Shown here: piece after piece, positions 39,216-48,583 of the stretch
Numbering within the stretch: position 1 is the first letter of the stretch
Layout of the letters: each line of letters opens with the position of its first letter
Assembly (NCBI GenBank): GCA_964202905.1
Contig: CAXNJO010000005.1
Coordinates: 160,001 to 224,000, forward strand
Direction: 5' to 3'
Length of the DNA stretch: 64,000 bases
Source: Polyangiales bacterium
GTDB lineage: Bacteria; Myxococcota_A; Polyangia; Polyangiales; JADJQN01
Translations under genes and position numbers: made by a program
Notes under the pieces: model-generated
What the model saw: the letters and a program-made list of their open reading frames with translations, nothing else
What the model was told of the DNA's origin: nothing
The model's database searches: none

Positions 39216-40076
39216 TCAGCGCCCGCCGCGCAGGGCGCGCACGCGCGCCTCGATCGTGGCGCGGCTCGGGTCCTCGGGGCGCGCGCGGAGGAACTCGCGG
39301 TAGTAGTCGATCGCCTCCTGCGCGCGGTCGAGCTTCTCCGCGGTGATCGCGAGGTTGTAGACGACCTCGGGCAGCCGCGCGAAGCCGTAGGCGGCCGTGA
39401 ACGCCTGCATCGCGGCCTCGAACGCGCGCCGCTGGAACATCGCGACGCCGCGCAGGAAGAACGTGCGCGCCTCGGCGGTGAGCTCGTCGGTCGAGGCCGG
39501 GGCGGCGAAGATCTGGTCGCGTTGTCGCGCGCGCAACGCCTCGAGCCCCGCGATGCGCCGCGCGACGTCGGCGCGCTCGCCCTCGCCGGGCGCCCCGTCG
39601 CGCAGGTAGAGCTGGAAGTACGCGATGCCCTGCTCCGCCTCGCCCATGCGCTCGCACACCCGCGCGACGTTGAAGGCGAGCTCCGCGGAGGGACGCAGCC
39701 GGTACGCGTCGTCGAGCCGCGCGCGCGCCTCGTCGAGCCGCCCCGCCTGGTACGCCGCGAGGCCCTCGGCGAAGAGCGCGCGGGCCCGCGAAAGCGCGGG
39801 ATCGTCCGCCGCCGACACGCCAGGCTCGGCCCCCGACCCGCTGCCCGACGCGTCCGCCTCGGCCCCTTCCGCGCGCGCACCGCCCTCGGGCGCCTCGCCG
39901 CCCGAGGGTGTCGCCTCCGCGCCGCCGGTCCCGCGCGCGTCGGCGGGGACGTCGTCCGTGCCTGCGCCCCCCACGACGGGCGCCGCGCCCCCGCACGCCG
40001 CGGCCCCGCACGCCGCGACTCTGAGCACGGCGGACGCAGCGAGCGCCCGCGAAACCGCCCCGACGGACGCGCGCAC
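39216..40076 (-). CDS. TPR protein, possibly a lipoprotein
   Basis: Two TPR blocks (ARALFAEG..AY / ARTFFLRG..F) and a Cys-containing N-terminal signal. Confidence 0.8.
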   Translation of the reverse strand: MRASVGAVSRALAASAVLRVAACGAAACGGAAPVVGGAGTDDVPADARGTGGAEATPSGGEAPEGGARAEGAEADASGSGSGAEPGVSAADDPALSRARALFAEGLAAYQAGRLDEARARLDDAYRLRPSAELAFNVARVCERMGEAEQGIAYFQLYLRDGAPGEGERADVARRIAGLEALRARQRDQIFAAPASTDELTAEARTFFLRGVAMFQRRAFEAAMQAFTAAYGFARLPEVVYNLAITAEKLDRAQEAIDYYREFLRARPEDPSRATIEARVRALRGGR

Positions 40077-40079
40077 CGC

Positions 40080-40367
40080 TCAGCCCTTCGAGGCCTCGGT
40101 GGCCTTGTTCTTCGCGCGCTCCTTCTCGAGCTCCTGCTCCATCTTGCGCAGCGCGCGCTTGAGATCGCGGAGCTCCGCCTTCGTGGCGAGGTTGAGCTGC
40201 TTCGCGAGGGTCTCGACGCGCGCGTCGAACTGCTCCTGCGCCTGCTGCTTGAGCTGGAAGCCCTTCATGACGGTCTTCATGACGCGCTCGTCCTGCACGA
40301 GCTTCATGAAGCGCGGGTCCTGCATCACCTTCATGCCTTGGGTCTGGAAGAAGCGCTTGAGGTCCAC
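40080..40367 (-). CDS. Small coiled-coil protein, phasin-like
   Basis: LNLATKAELRDLKRALRKMEQEL resembles the LNLP[TS]..E motif of PhaF/PhaI-type proteins. Confidence 0.65.
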   Translation of the reverse strand: MDLKRFFQTQGMKVMQDPRFMKLVQDERVMKTVMKGFQLKQQAQEQFDARVETLAKQLNLATKAELRDLKRALRKMEQELEKERAKNKATEASKG

Positions 40368-40407
40368 GTCGCGATCCCTTTCGAGTTGGCGGAGCCCGGC
40401 GTCGCGC

Positions 40408-41043
40408 TCAGTGACCGCCCGCGCCCCCGCCGAAGAGCAGGGAGACGAGGCTGCCGAGGAGCGCGAACAACGAAGCGCCGAAGAACAACAGCACGACCAG
40501 CGGCACCACGACGCTGGCGACGGCGAGCAGGATGCCGAGCCCGACGAGCGCGTAGTCGCCCGGATGCGGCTTTTCCTTTGGGTTTTCTTTGTATTTCTGG
40601 ATGATCTCGAGGTTGCGGCGGTTCGACTTCCAGAAGATGTCGAACACGTCGCCCGCGATCGGGACGCTCCCCGCGAGCGTGTCGACGCCGATGTTCATGA
40701 GCATCCGCCCGATCGCCACCGTCGGCACCTTGTGCTCGAGCGCGAGGAGCAGGAGCGCGATCGAGCCGAGGCCCGTGACGACGTCGCCCGCCGCGGGGAA
40801 GAAGAAGCCGAGCACCGCGTCGAGCCCGATGCCGAGGTTCGTGCCCGGCACGCGCACGACGTCGTCGAGAGTGCGCACGAGCTTCTCGGCCCACGGCGCG
40901 ACGAGCGTGGCGACGGCCTGCCGCTGCTGCGGCGTCGCCTCGGGGAGCAGGCGCTCGACGGCCTTGCCGGCGGCGGTCTGCGCGAGGTCCCGCCCGAGTT
41001 GCGCGGGCACGATCGCGTGGGGCGGAGGGGTGGGCTCGTTCAT
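40408..41043 (-). CDS. DUF4112 family membrane protein
   Basis: LDDVVRVPGTNLGIGLDAVLG..P..GD and GSVPIAGDVFDIFWKSNRRN. Confidence 0.88.
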   Translation of the reverse strand: MNEPTPPPHAIVPAQLGRDLAQTAAGKAVERLLPEATPQQRQAVATLVAPWAEKLVRTLDDVVRVPGTNLGIGLDAVLGFFFPAAGDVVTGLGSIALLLLALEHKVPTVAIGRMLMNIGVDTLAGSVPIAGDVFDIFWKSNRRNLEIIQKYKENPKEKPHPGDYALVGLGILLAVASVVVPLVVLLFFGASLFALLGSLVSLLFGGGAGGH

Positions 41044-42059
41044 CGGCGGTCCATCCAGTCTCTCACGAGCGGCCAGACCGTGAGCGGGGCGGCGCGACCG
41101 ATCACGAGGTCGACGTGGCCGAGGGGAAACTCGCGGTACGTCTTGTCGCGCGAGCGGCTGTTGTCGTAGGCCGGGCGCACGCTCTCGGGCGGCGCGAGCA
41201 GATCGTGCGTCCCGGCGACGACGAGCAGCGGGCGCTGCAGCATCTCGAACGCGACCCCGTAGTCCGTCTGACCGTCGAGGCTCTTCAGGGCCGCCTCCTG
41301 CCCGGCGCGCACGATGTCGAGCGCGACCGAGAGGCTCGTGTGATCGAAGGCGCGCGCGAGGTAGTCGTCGAGCACCGCGCGCTCCGTCGAGCCGGGCGAC
41401 CACGGGCGGATCGGCATCGGCAGGGCCTTCAAATCCCAGAGCGCCGCGCGCTTGCGCAGGTGCTTGCCGAGAAAGCGCAGCGGCACGGCGGGGTTCTCGT
41501 CGACGAGGCCGGTGAAGCGCACCGCGCTCGCGAGCGCCGAGACCGCGAGCAGCGTGCGGCTGCCGAGCCCGAAGCGATACGGCGAGCCGAGCGTCACGAC
41601 GCCGCGCACGCGGTCGCGCAGCAGCGTGCCCGCGACGCTGTAGGCGATGAGCCCGCCCATCGAGTGGCCCACGAGGAAGAGCTTGTCCTGGCCGGACACC
41701 GCGAGGGCCTCGGTGACGAAGGCGGGGAGGTCCTGCTGGATGTAGTCGTCGAGCAGCCGCGGGCGGCGCGCGCCGAAGCGCCGCGAGCGCCCGTGACCGC
41801 GCAGATCGACGTTGAAGACGTCCCAGCCATCGGCCGCGAGGTAGGCGGAGAAGCTGCGGTGGATGTTGTGCCACGTGTAGCGGTTCTGCCCGAAGCCGTG
41901 GATGAGCATGACCGCGCCGCGCGTCTCCGCGAGGCCGTGGAGGCGCTTGCGCACCATCCCGAGCGGGTGCTCGCCGGGGATCATGAGGACGTCCTTCGCG
42001 AAGACCGCGCGCTGGTCGCCGTCGATGGTCTGCTCGACGGTCTCGGAGCGGAGGAGCAT
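41040..42059 (-). CDS. Alpha/beta hydrolase
   Basis: HGFGQN, DLRGHG, GHSMGG, D.LAP and GHVDL triad motifs. Confidence 0.88.
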   Translation of the reverse strand: MLLRSETVEQTIDGDQRAVFAKDVLMIPGEHPLGMVRKRLHGLAETRGAVMLIHGFGQNRYTWHNIHRSFSAYLAADGWDVFNVDLRGHGRSRRFGARRPRLLDDYIQQDLPAFVTEALAVSGQDKLFLVGHSMGGLIAYSVAGTLLRDRVRGVVTLGSPYRFGLGSRTLLAVSALASAVRFTGLVDENPAVPLRFLGKHLRKRAALWDLKALPMPIRPWSPGSTERAVLDDYLARAFDHTSLSVALDIVRAGQEAALKSLDGQTDYGVAFEMLQRPLLVVAGTHDLLAPPESVRPAYDNSRSRDKTYREFPLGHVDLVIGRAAPLTVWPLVRDWMDRR

Positions 42060-42174
42060 GAGCGCGGGATGCTAGCAGCGGCGCGCGCCCGATGCTGCAC
42101 TGCGGCATGGCTTGCGCACGCGCGTGGCCCGGGGCAGCCGCGGGGCGCGCACGGCCGCGTGCTACCGTCGCGCG

Positions 42175-42759
42175 ATGCCCCGTATTTGTTGGACGCCTCC
42201 GCCCGCCCACCGCGCCGCGCTGCGCGGGCTCTCGTCCCTCTGTGCCGCGAGCGCGCTCGCCGCCGCGCTCCTCGCGCCGGGGGCAGCGCACGCCGCGCCG
42301 CCCGATGCGGGCCACGTCCGCGAGCTCTTGAGCGGCTACGAGGGCGGCCCCGCGGAGGCCACCTGGCGCGCGCTCGGCCCCGAGACGCTGGCGGTGCTGA
42401 TCGCGCTCTACGACGCGCCGCAGGAGGCGCCCTTCGTGCGTCAGCGCGCGATCGCGGCGGCCGCGTACTACCCGTCGGCCGCGACGCGCACCTTTCTGCA
42501 CGCGGTGCTCGTGACGCCCGGGCAGAGCGACCTCTTCCTGCGCACGGCCGTCGACGCGCTCGCGCGGGCCTTCGGCGCGGACGCGTGGGCCGAGGTGCAG
42601 CCGTGGCTCGCGCATCCCGCGGTGACGGTGCGGATGGGCGCGGTGCGCGCGGCCGTGCGCATCGGCACGCCGGCCACCCGCACCGCCCTGCGCGCGCGCC
42701 TGCGCGTCGAGCAGGACGCCGAGGTCCGCGACGCGCTCACCGCGGCCCTGGCTCGCTGA
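42175..42759 (+). CDS. Secreted HEAT-repeat protein
   Basis: Signal peptide ending AHA, then helical repeats (L.HP...VR..AV.A; E.D.EVR.A). Confidence 0.65.
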   Translation: MPRICWTPPPAHRAALRGLSSLCAASALAAALLAPGAAHAAPPDAGHVRELLSGYEGGPAEATWRALGPETLAVLIALYDAPQEAPFVRQRAIAAAAYYPSAATRTFLHAVLVTPGQSDLFLRTAVDALARAFGADAWAEVQPWLAHPAVTVRMGAVRAAVRIGTPATRTALRARLRVEQDAEVRDALTAALAR

Positions 42760-42856
42760 TCGGGCGCCCGCGCGCTCGTCACGGCAGGCACGCGGACCGC
42801 GACACGCCCGCGCGCCGACATCGACGCGCGCGGGCTGACCGTGGCGCGTGGTGGGG

Positions 42857-43744
42857 TCAGCGCCAGAGCGCGATGCCGCCGAGGATCCCCGCGTCGTTCG
42901 AGACGAGCCGCACGTTCGCGGGGAGCTCGCCGACGATGCGCTTCGCGTTGCCGCCCCCGAGGTAGATGACGCGCGGATTGAAGATGGGCTGCAATTGCGC
43001 GAGCGCCTCGCGCACGCGCTTCGACCACTTCTTCTTGCCGAGGCGCTCGAAGGTCGCGTTGTCGAGGTACTCCTCGTAGGTCGCGCCCTTGCGGAAGGGG
43101 TGGTGCCCGAACTCGAGGTTCGGCACGAGGATTCCGTCGATGAAGAGCGACGAGCCGACGCCCGTGCCGAGCGTCAGGCAGAGCTCGACGCCGTGCCCCT
43201 CGATCGCGCCGAAGCCCTGGATCGCGGCGTCGTTGAGCACGCGCGAGGGCTTCAGCGTGAGCTTGGTGACGGCGGCGTCGACGTCGACGTTCGCCCAGCT
43301 CGGGTCGAGGTTCGGCGCGGTGTGCACGATCCCGTCCATCACGACGCCCGGGAAGCCCACCGACACGCGGTCGAAGTGGGGCTGCACCTTGACCACCTGC
43401 GCGAGCGCGGCGAGCAGGGCGCGCGGCGTCGCGGGGCGCGGCGTGTCGACGCGGACGCGCTCGTTGAGCGGCTTGCCGTCGTGATCGAGCACCATGCCCT
43501 TGAGCCCCGTCCCACCGATGTCGAGCGCGAGGGTTCGCGGGCCTTTGGCCATCACCAAAGAGGGTGTCGCGTCGTCCGCGTGACGCGACGCGCCACGCTT
43601 CGCCGGCTTCGCCTCGACGTCCACGGACGCGGCGCGCTTCGGTTTCTTCGCGGCGTCGTCCACGGCCCCCGCGCGCTTCGCCTGCTTCGACTGCTTCGCC
43701 GCCACGTCCCCGACGCGCGGCGCCCTGCCCTTCGCGATGCTCAT
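42857..43744 (-). CDS. ROK family kinase (polyphosphate glucokinase-like)
   Basis: LALDIGGTGLKG, SVGFPG, NDAAIQG, TLGTGVGS, NLEFGH and YLGGGN. Alternative start at 43552. Confidence 0.88.
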   Translation of the reverse strand: MSIAKGRAPRVGDVAAKQSKQAKRAGAVDDAAKKPKRAASVDVEAKPAKRGASRHADDATPSLVMAKGPRTLALDIGGTGLKGMVLDHDGKPLNERVRVDTPRPATPRALLAALAQVVKVQPHFDRVSVGFPGVVMDGIVHTAPNLDPSWANVDVDAAVTKLTLKPSRVLNDAAIQGFGAIEGHGVELCLTLGTGVGSSLFIDGILVPNLEFGHHPFRKGATYEEYLDNATFERLGKKKWSKRVREALAQLQPIFNPRVIYLGGGNAKRIVGELPANVRLVSNDAGILGGIALWR

Positions 43745-43868
43745 GGGGCGCGAGGATACACACGGGACGCCACGCGGGACGCGTTCTTCGACCGCGGGGC
43801 GCCGACGGTCGCGGCAGCGCGAGGTCCGCGTTGCCATGCGCGGGCCGTTCGCGTTACGAGTCGCCCCC

Positions 43869-46256
43869 ATGGCCTCCTCTTCCTCCGCCGAGTCCGCCGC
43901 CCCCGCGGGCGCCCCCGAGCGCCCCGCGCCCGACGCCCCGCAAGAGGCGCACGACGCCTACTGGCTCGCGCACGTCTACAAGCCGGACGAGCCGCAGCTC
44001 ACGGCCCGCGCGGTGATCGCCGGGATGCTGCTCGGCGGCGTGATGTCCGTGTCGAACCTCTACATCGGCATGAAGATCGGCTGGAGCCTCGGGATGGCGA
44101 TCACCTCGACCATCCTCGCCTTCGCGTCGTTCAAGCTCGCCGAGTCGCTGCGCCTCACGCGCCGCGGGCTCTCGCAGCTCGAGAACAACACCGTCGCGAG
44201 CACGGCCTCGGCCGCCGGCTACTTCTCGTCCGCGGGCATGGTCTCCGCGATCCCGGCGCTCTTCCTCACGCAGCAGCGCGTGCTGACGTGGTGGGAGCTC
44301 TCGGTGTGGATGTTCGGCGTGTCGGTCGTCGGCGTGTTCATGGCCATCCCGATGCGGCGGCAGATGATCGACATCGACCGCCTCCCCTTCCCGAGCGGCA
44401 TCGCGTGCGCCGAGACGATCCGCTCGATGGGCGAGAGCGCGGGCGAGGCCGTGAAGAAGGCGCGCGCGCTGCTGCTCGCGGGCGTGTTCGCGGCGCTCGT
44501 CGAGATCCCCGCGCAGGTCGGCGCGATCACGCGCCGCACGGGCGAGGTGCTCTTCAAGAACCCGCTCACCTGGGGTGAGCACCTGCACCTGCCTGGCGCG
44601 CTCGCGGGCAAGAGCTTGCTCTCGTACACGCTCGCGCTGCCGACCTCGCCGCTGCTCTACGCGGCGGGCGCGCTCATCGGTGTGCGCGTCGCGTTCTCGC
44701 TCGCGTTCGGCTCGCTCGTGCTCTACCTCGGGCTCGTGCCGTGGCTCGCGGAGAGCGGCATCGTCGTCGTCGTCCCCGACCAGCCGGGCCTCACGTACCG
44801 ATCGGTGCTCGCGTGGTCGGTGTGGCCGGGCGTGATGGCCGCGCTCGCGGCGAGCCTCGTGCAGTTCGCCTTCAAGTGGCGGACGGTGCTCCAGGCCTTC
44901 GGCTCGCTCGGCAAGCTCGCGAAGACGGGCAGCGGGCCGAGCGGGATCGCCGCCGTGGAGGTGCCGCCCGCGTGGTTCCTCTGGGGCATGCTCGGCGCGA
45001 CGATCTACGTCTGCATCGCGGGGTACGCGATCTTCGACATCCCCGTGTGGATGAGCGTGCTCGCGGTGGCGATGTCGTTCCTGCTCTCGATCGTGGCCTG
45101 CCGCGCGACGGGCGAGACGGATGTCACGCCGATCGGCGCGCTCGGGAAGATCACGCAGCTCACCTTCGCGGCGCTGCACCCCGGCAGCTACGCGACGAAC
45201 CTCATGACCGCGTCGGTGACCGCGGGCTCGGCCGCGCACTCCGCGGATCTGCTCACCGACCTGAAGACGGGACACCTGCTCGGCGGCTCGCCGCGGCGGC
45301 AGTTCATCGCGCAGATGTTCGGCATCCTCGCGGGCGCGGTCTTCTGCGTGCCGGCCTACCTGCTCGTCGCGCAGCCCGACAAGATCGGCACCGCGGAGCT
45401 CCCCGCGCCCGCCGCGCAGACCTGGGCCGTGGTCGCGGATCTGCTCGCGCGCGGCGTCGAACAGAAGGAGCGCGGGGAGGGCGTCGCGGTCGCCGCGGAC
45501 CTCGAGGCCGTGGGCGTGACGCGCCGGCCGCCGGGCACCGTCGCGGGCGACACGCTCGTCGTCGACGCGGGCCCCTTCGCCGGCAACTACCGCATCGCGT
45601 CGGTGCTGCGCGGCGCGCTCGTGCTCGCGCGCGACCTGCCCACGCTCCCGGCGGCGGAGCAGGAGGGCGCCCCCTTCGCCGCGCACGTCCGCGGCGCGGA
45701 CGGCACCGAGCGCGGCGAGACGGGGGTCAAGCGCGCGGTGACGCGCAAGCCCGCGCTCCGCTTCGGGCAGCCCGTCGCGGGCACGCAGGTCGGCGACTAC
45801 GTGCTCGCCTCGCTGCCGGGGCGCGAGGTCTGGCATCGCATCGAGGCCCGGCGGGGCGACGTCGCGTCGCTCGATCACGCCTTCGCCGGCGGCGCGGACG
45901 AGACGCGCGTCGCGGTGAGCAAGCGGACGCTGCCGCCCTTCGCGATGACGGCGACGGCGCTCGGCGTGCTGCTCGGCATCCTGCTCGCGCTCACCGAGAT
46001 GTTCGCCCCCGCGGGCGTGCGCCGCTACATGCCGAGCATCGCGGGGATGGGCATCGCGTGGGTCATCACGGGCTACGACGCGCTCGCGATGGCGATCGGC
46101 GCCGCGCTCGCGTGGGTCTTCACGCGCGTGAACGCGAAGGGCGCGGAGGCGTTCACCGTGCCGGCCGCCTCGGGCATCCTCGCCGGCGCCTCGCTCATCG
46201 GCCTGCTGGTCATCTTCCTCAAGGACATCCTCAAGGTGCTCGCCGGCGTCGAGTGA
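43869..46256 (+). CDS. OPT/YSL family oligopeptide transporter with soluble insertion
   Basis: PQLTARAV, ENN....ASA, LPFPSG.A.AE, GETD.TP, DLKTG.LLG..PR.QF and PAPAA..W. Confidence 0.92.
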   Translation: MASSSSAESAAPAGAPERPAPDAPQEAHDAYWLAHVYKPDEPQLTARAVIAGMLLGGVMSVSNLYIGMKIGWSLGMAITSTILAFASFKLAESLRLTRRGLSQLENNTVASTASAAGYFSSAGMVSAIPALFLTQQRVLTWWELSVWMFGVSVVGVFMAIPMRRQMIDIDRLPFPSGIACAETIRSMGESAGEAVKKARALLLAGVFAALVEIPAQVGAITRRTGEVLFKNPLTWGEHLHLPGALAGKSLLSYTLALPTSPLLYAAGALIGVRVAFSLAFGSLVLYLGLVPWLAESGIVVVVPDQPGLTYRSVLAWSVWPGVMAALAASLVQFAFKWRTVLQAFGSLGKLAKTGSGPSGIAAVEVPPAWFLWGMLGATIYVCIAGYAIFDIPVWMSVLAVAMSFLLSIVACRATGETDVTPIGALGKITQLTFAALHPGSYATNLMTASVTAGSAAHSADLLTDLKTGHLLGGSPRRQFIAQMFGILAGAVFCVPAYLLVAQPDKIGTAELPAPAAQTWAVVADLLARGVEQKERGEGVAVAADLEAVGVTRRPPGTVAGDTLVVDAGPFAGNYRIASVLRGALVLARDLPTLPAAEQEGAPFAAHVRGADGTERGETGVKRAVTRKPALRFGQPVAGTQVGDYVLASLPGREVWHRIEARRGDVASLDHAFAGGADETRVAVSKRTLPPFAMTATALGVLLGILLALTEMFAPAGVRRYMPSIAGMGIAWVITGYDALAMAIGAALAWVFTRVNAKGAEAFTVPAASGILAGASLIGLLVIFLKDILKVLAGVE

Positions 46257-46354
46257 GCCACTGAAACATCTGTAGTTTCAATATTCTAGCGACGAGTGAG
46301 CACCATCTCCCATCGCCGTCGCGCGGGCCGAGGCAGGGACTCCAACGTCACCGA

Positions 46355-46389
46355 AGAATCCGATTCTTCTGCACCGAGAATCGGATTCT
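46355..46389. terminator. 13-bp inverted repeat between convergent genes
   Basis: agaatccgattct-N9-agaatcggattct in an AT-richer spacer. Confidence 0.5.
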
Positions 46390-46401
46390 GAGCGCAGCGA
46401 A

Positions 46402-47470
46402 TCAATCGTTGTTGGGCGCGACTGCGAGACCGAGGCAGTCGACGTTGTACGGCACCGTACCGTCGGCATCCGGCGTGCCGGCCGTGCTCGTCCCGCTCGT
46501 CTGGCCGAGCACCTTCACGGGCGCGTCGGTGTACGCGAGCATCACGCACATCTCATCCTCGCGATCGAGGCCGAAGAGCACGGGCGCATCGGAGGCGTTG
46601 TCGTACGTGCACGTGAGCCGGAAGCCCGTCGCGCCCGCGACGTTGAAGGGCTCGGTCATCGTCAGGCCGAGCGGGTCGCCGACGCCGCCGCCCGAGTCGT
46701 AGACGACGTCGCCGTCACGCGTGCCGCCGGAGAGTTCGAGCGTGAAGCCCGTCGCGATCTCGTGAAAGTGCGGGAGCACGTAGTAGATGTTGAAGTCCAT
46801 CGGGCGACGCGCGCGGCTGCGGTAGCTCGTCGCGACGTTGCAGTCGGTGCTGAACGCGCCGACGGTGCGCGCGGGGATCTCGAGCGCGGAGTTCGAGATG
46901 TAGAGCTCCTGGAGCGGCGTCGTCACGGAGGCCTCGGGCAGCGTCACCGCCTGCACCGTCATCGCCGTCGTGAAGCGCTCGCTCGTGATGTTGAGCAGGT
47001 GCACGCCGCCGAGGATGCGCGAGCGCGGCGGGATGCGGAACGCCGCGCCGGGGGGAAACGCCTGCCGATCCGTCTCCGACTGCGTGCTCATCGCGAAGAA
47101 CACGCCGCCCGCCGTACCCGCGACGACCTCGCTGTACTCGCGCGCATTGCAATCCCACATGCCGTCGGGGCCCGTGAACTGGTCCTCGGGGACGAAGAGC
47201 AGGTTCGCGTGGTGGAAGCCGCCCTGCGTCGTCATCTCGACGGTGTTGATCCAGAGCTCTTCGTCGTTGTCGAGGGTCCAGCTCTGGCACGTGTAGACGT
47301 TGTCGCCGGGGTTCAGCACGAAGCCGGGGAAGGTGTGCGCGATCGTGCCCGGCGGAGGAGGCGGAGGCGGCGGGCGGCATCAGCGGGCGCCTCGGTCCCG
47401 CACGCGGACGCGAGCAGCAGGGCGAGCGGAGCGACGCACGACGAGAGCGAGCGGAGGGAGACGCGCGATC
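46402..47470 (-). CDS. PHM/DBH-like copper monooxygenase-fold lipoprotein (5' end frameshifted, ~47375)
   Basis: FHH, HLLN, PHFH, CTYDN and DEMC match the CuH/CuM ligand pattern. A lipobox (LASAC) lies in a different frame upstream of PPPPPPPGTIAHTFP. The start is uncertain. Confidence 0.72.
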
Positions 47471-47521
47471 ACCGGCCGACGGTAGCGAGCGACGCGGCGC
47501 GGGGTCAAACGCCGCGACGAC

Positions 47522-48349
47522 TCACAGATCGATCGCCTCGACCGGCAGCGACTCGACGTCGATGCCGACGAAGCGCGAGGCCATCTCCGCGAAGCGCCCC
47601 GGCAGATCCGTGACGAGGAGGCGCAGGTCGCCGCCCTGCTCGCGGCCACGCGCGAGGCCACGCGCCTCGAGCAGCAGCCGCAGCTCGTGCGCCGTCGCCT
47701 GCGCGCTGTCGACGACGGCGACCGGGTGCCCCACCGCGCGCTCCGCTTCCGCGCGGATGATGCCGGCGAGCAGCGGGTAGTGCGTGCACCCGAGCACGAG
47801 CGCATCGATGTCGTGGCGCGCGAGCGGCGCGAGGTAGCGGCGCACGGCGAGCTCGGGCACCTCGCCCTCGAGCCAGCCCTCCTCGACGAGCGGGACGAGC
47901 AGCGGCGCGGCCTGCTGGAAGACCTCGACGCGCGAGCTCTCGCCCGCGATGGCGCGCGGGTAGGCGCCCGAGAGCACCGTGCCCGCCGTGGCGAGCACGC
48001 CGATGCGACCGCTGCGCGTGGCCGCGACGCCCGCGCGCGCGCCCGGCTCGATCACGCCGAGCACGGGGATGTCGAGCTCGACGCGCAAGGCGTCGAGGGC
48101 GACCGCGCTCACCGTGTTGCAGGCGACGACGAGGAGCTTCACGCCGCGCTCGGCGAGGCGTCGGCCGCAGCCCTGCGCGTACCGCACCACCGTCGCGGCG
48201 CTGCGCGTGCCGTAGGGGACGCGCGCGGTGTCGCCGAGGTAGACGAGATCCTCGCCGGGGAGCGCGTCGCGCAGCGCCCGCGCGACGGTGAGGCCGCCGA
48301 GTCCGGAGTCGAAGACGCCGATCGGCGCCGCGGGCGAGGGCACGGGCAT
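47522..48349 (-). CDS. murI: Glutamate racemase
   Basis: IGVFDSGLGGLTV, DTARVPYG, ACNT and LGCTHYP. Confidence 0.97.
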   Translation of the reverse strand: MPVPSPAAPIGVFDSGLGGLTVARALRDALPGEDLVYLGDTARVPYGTRSAATVVRYAQGCGRRLAERGVKLLVVACNTVSAVALDALRVELDIPVLGVIEPGARAGVAATRSGRIGVLATAGTVLSGAYPRAIAGESSRVEVFQQAAPLLVPLVEEGWLEGEVPELAVRRYLAPLARHDIDALVLGCTHYPLLAGIIRAEAERAVGHPVAVVDSAQATAHELRLLLEARGLARGREQGGDLRLLVTDLPGRFAEMASRFVGIDVESLPVEAIDL

Positions 48350-48583
48350 CGACGCTCAGCGCGCGCCCCGCGACGCCAAGCGCCGCTCGCTCTCCCCTGC
48401 GCGCCACCGCTCCATCGCGGCTTTATACGGGCGTCGGCGCGGGGCGGCCAGCGTGGGCGACACGCGGCCAGCGCGGGGTCGGGCGTCACGCGCGCGCGGC
48501 GACGCGGCCGCACGGCGACGGACGCGAAGCTAGGCGGGGACGCAGGGTGTTGGTAGAGTGGCCGCGGCTCCGGCCGCGTCTGC

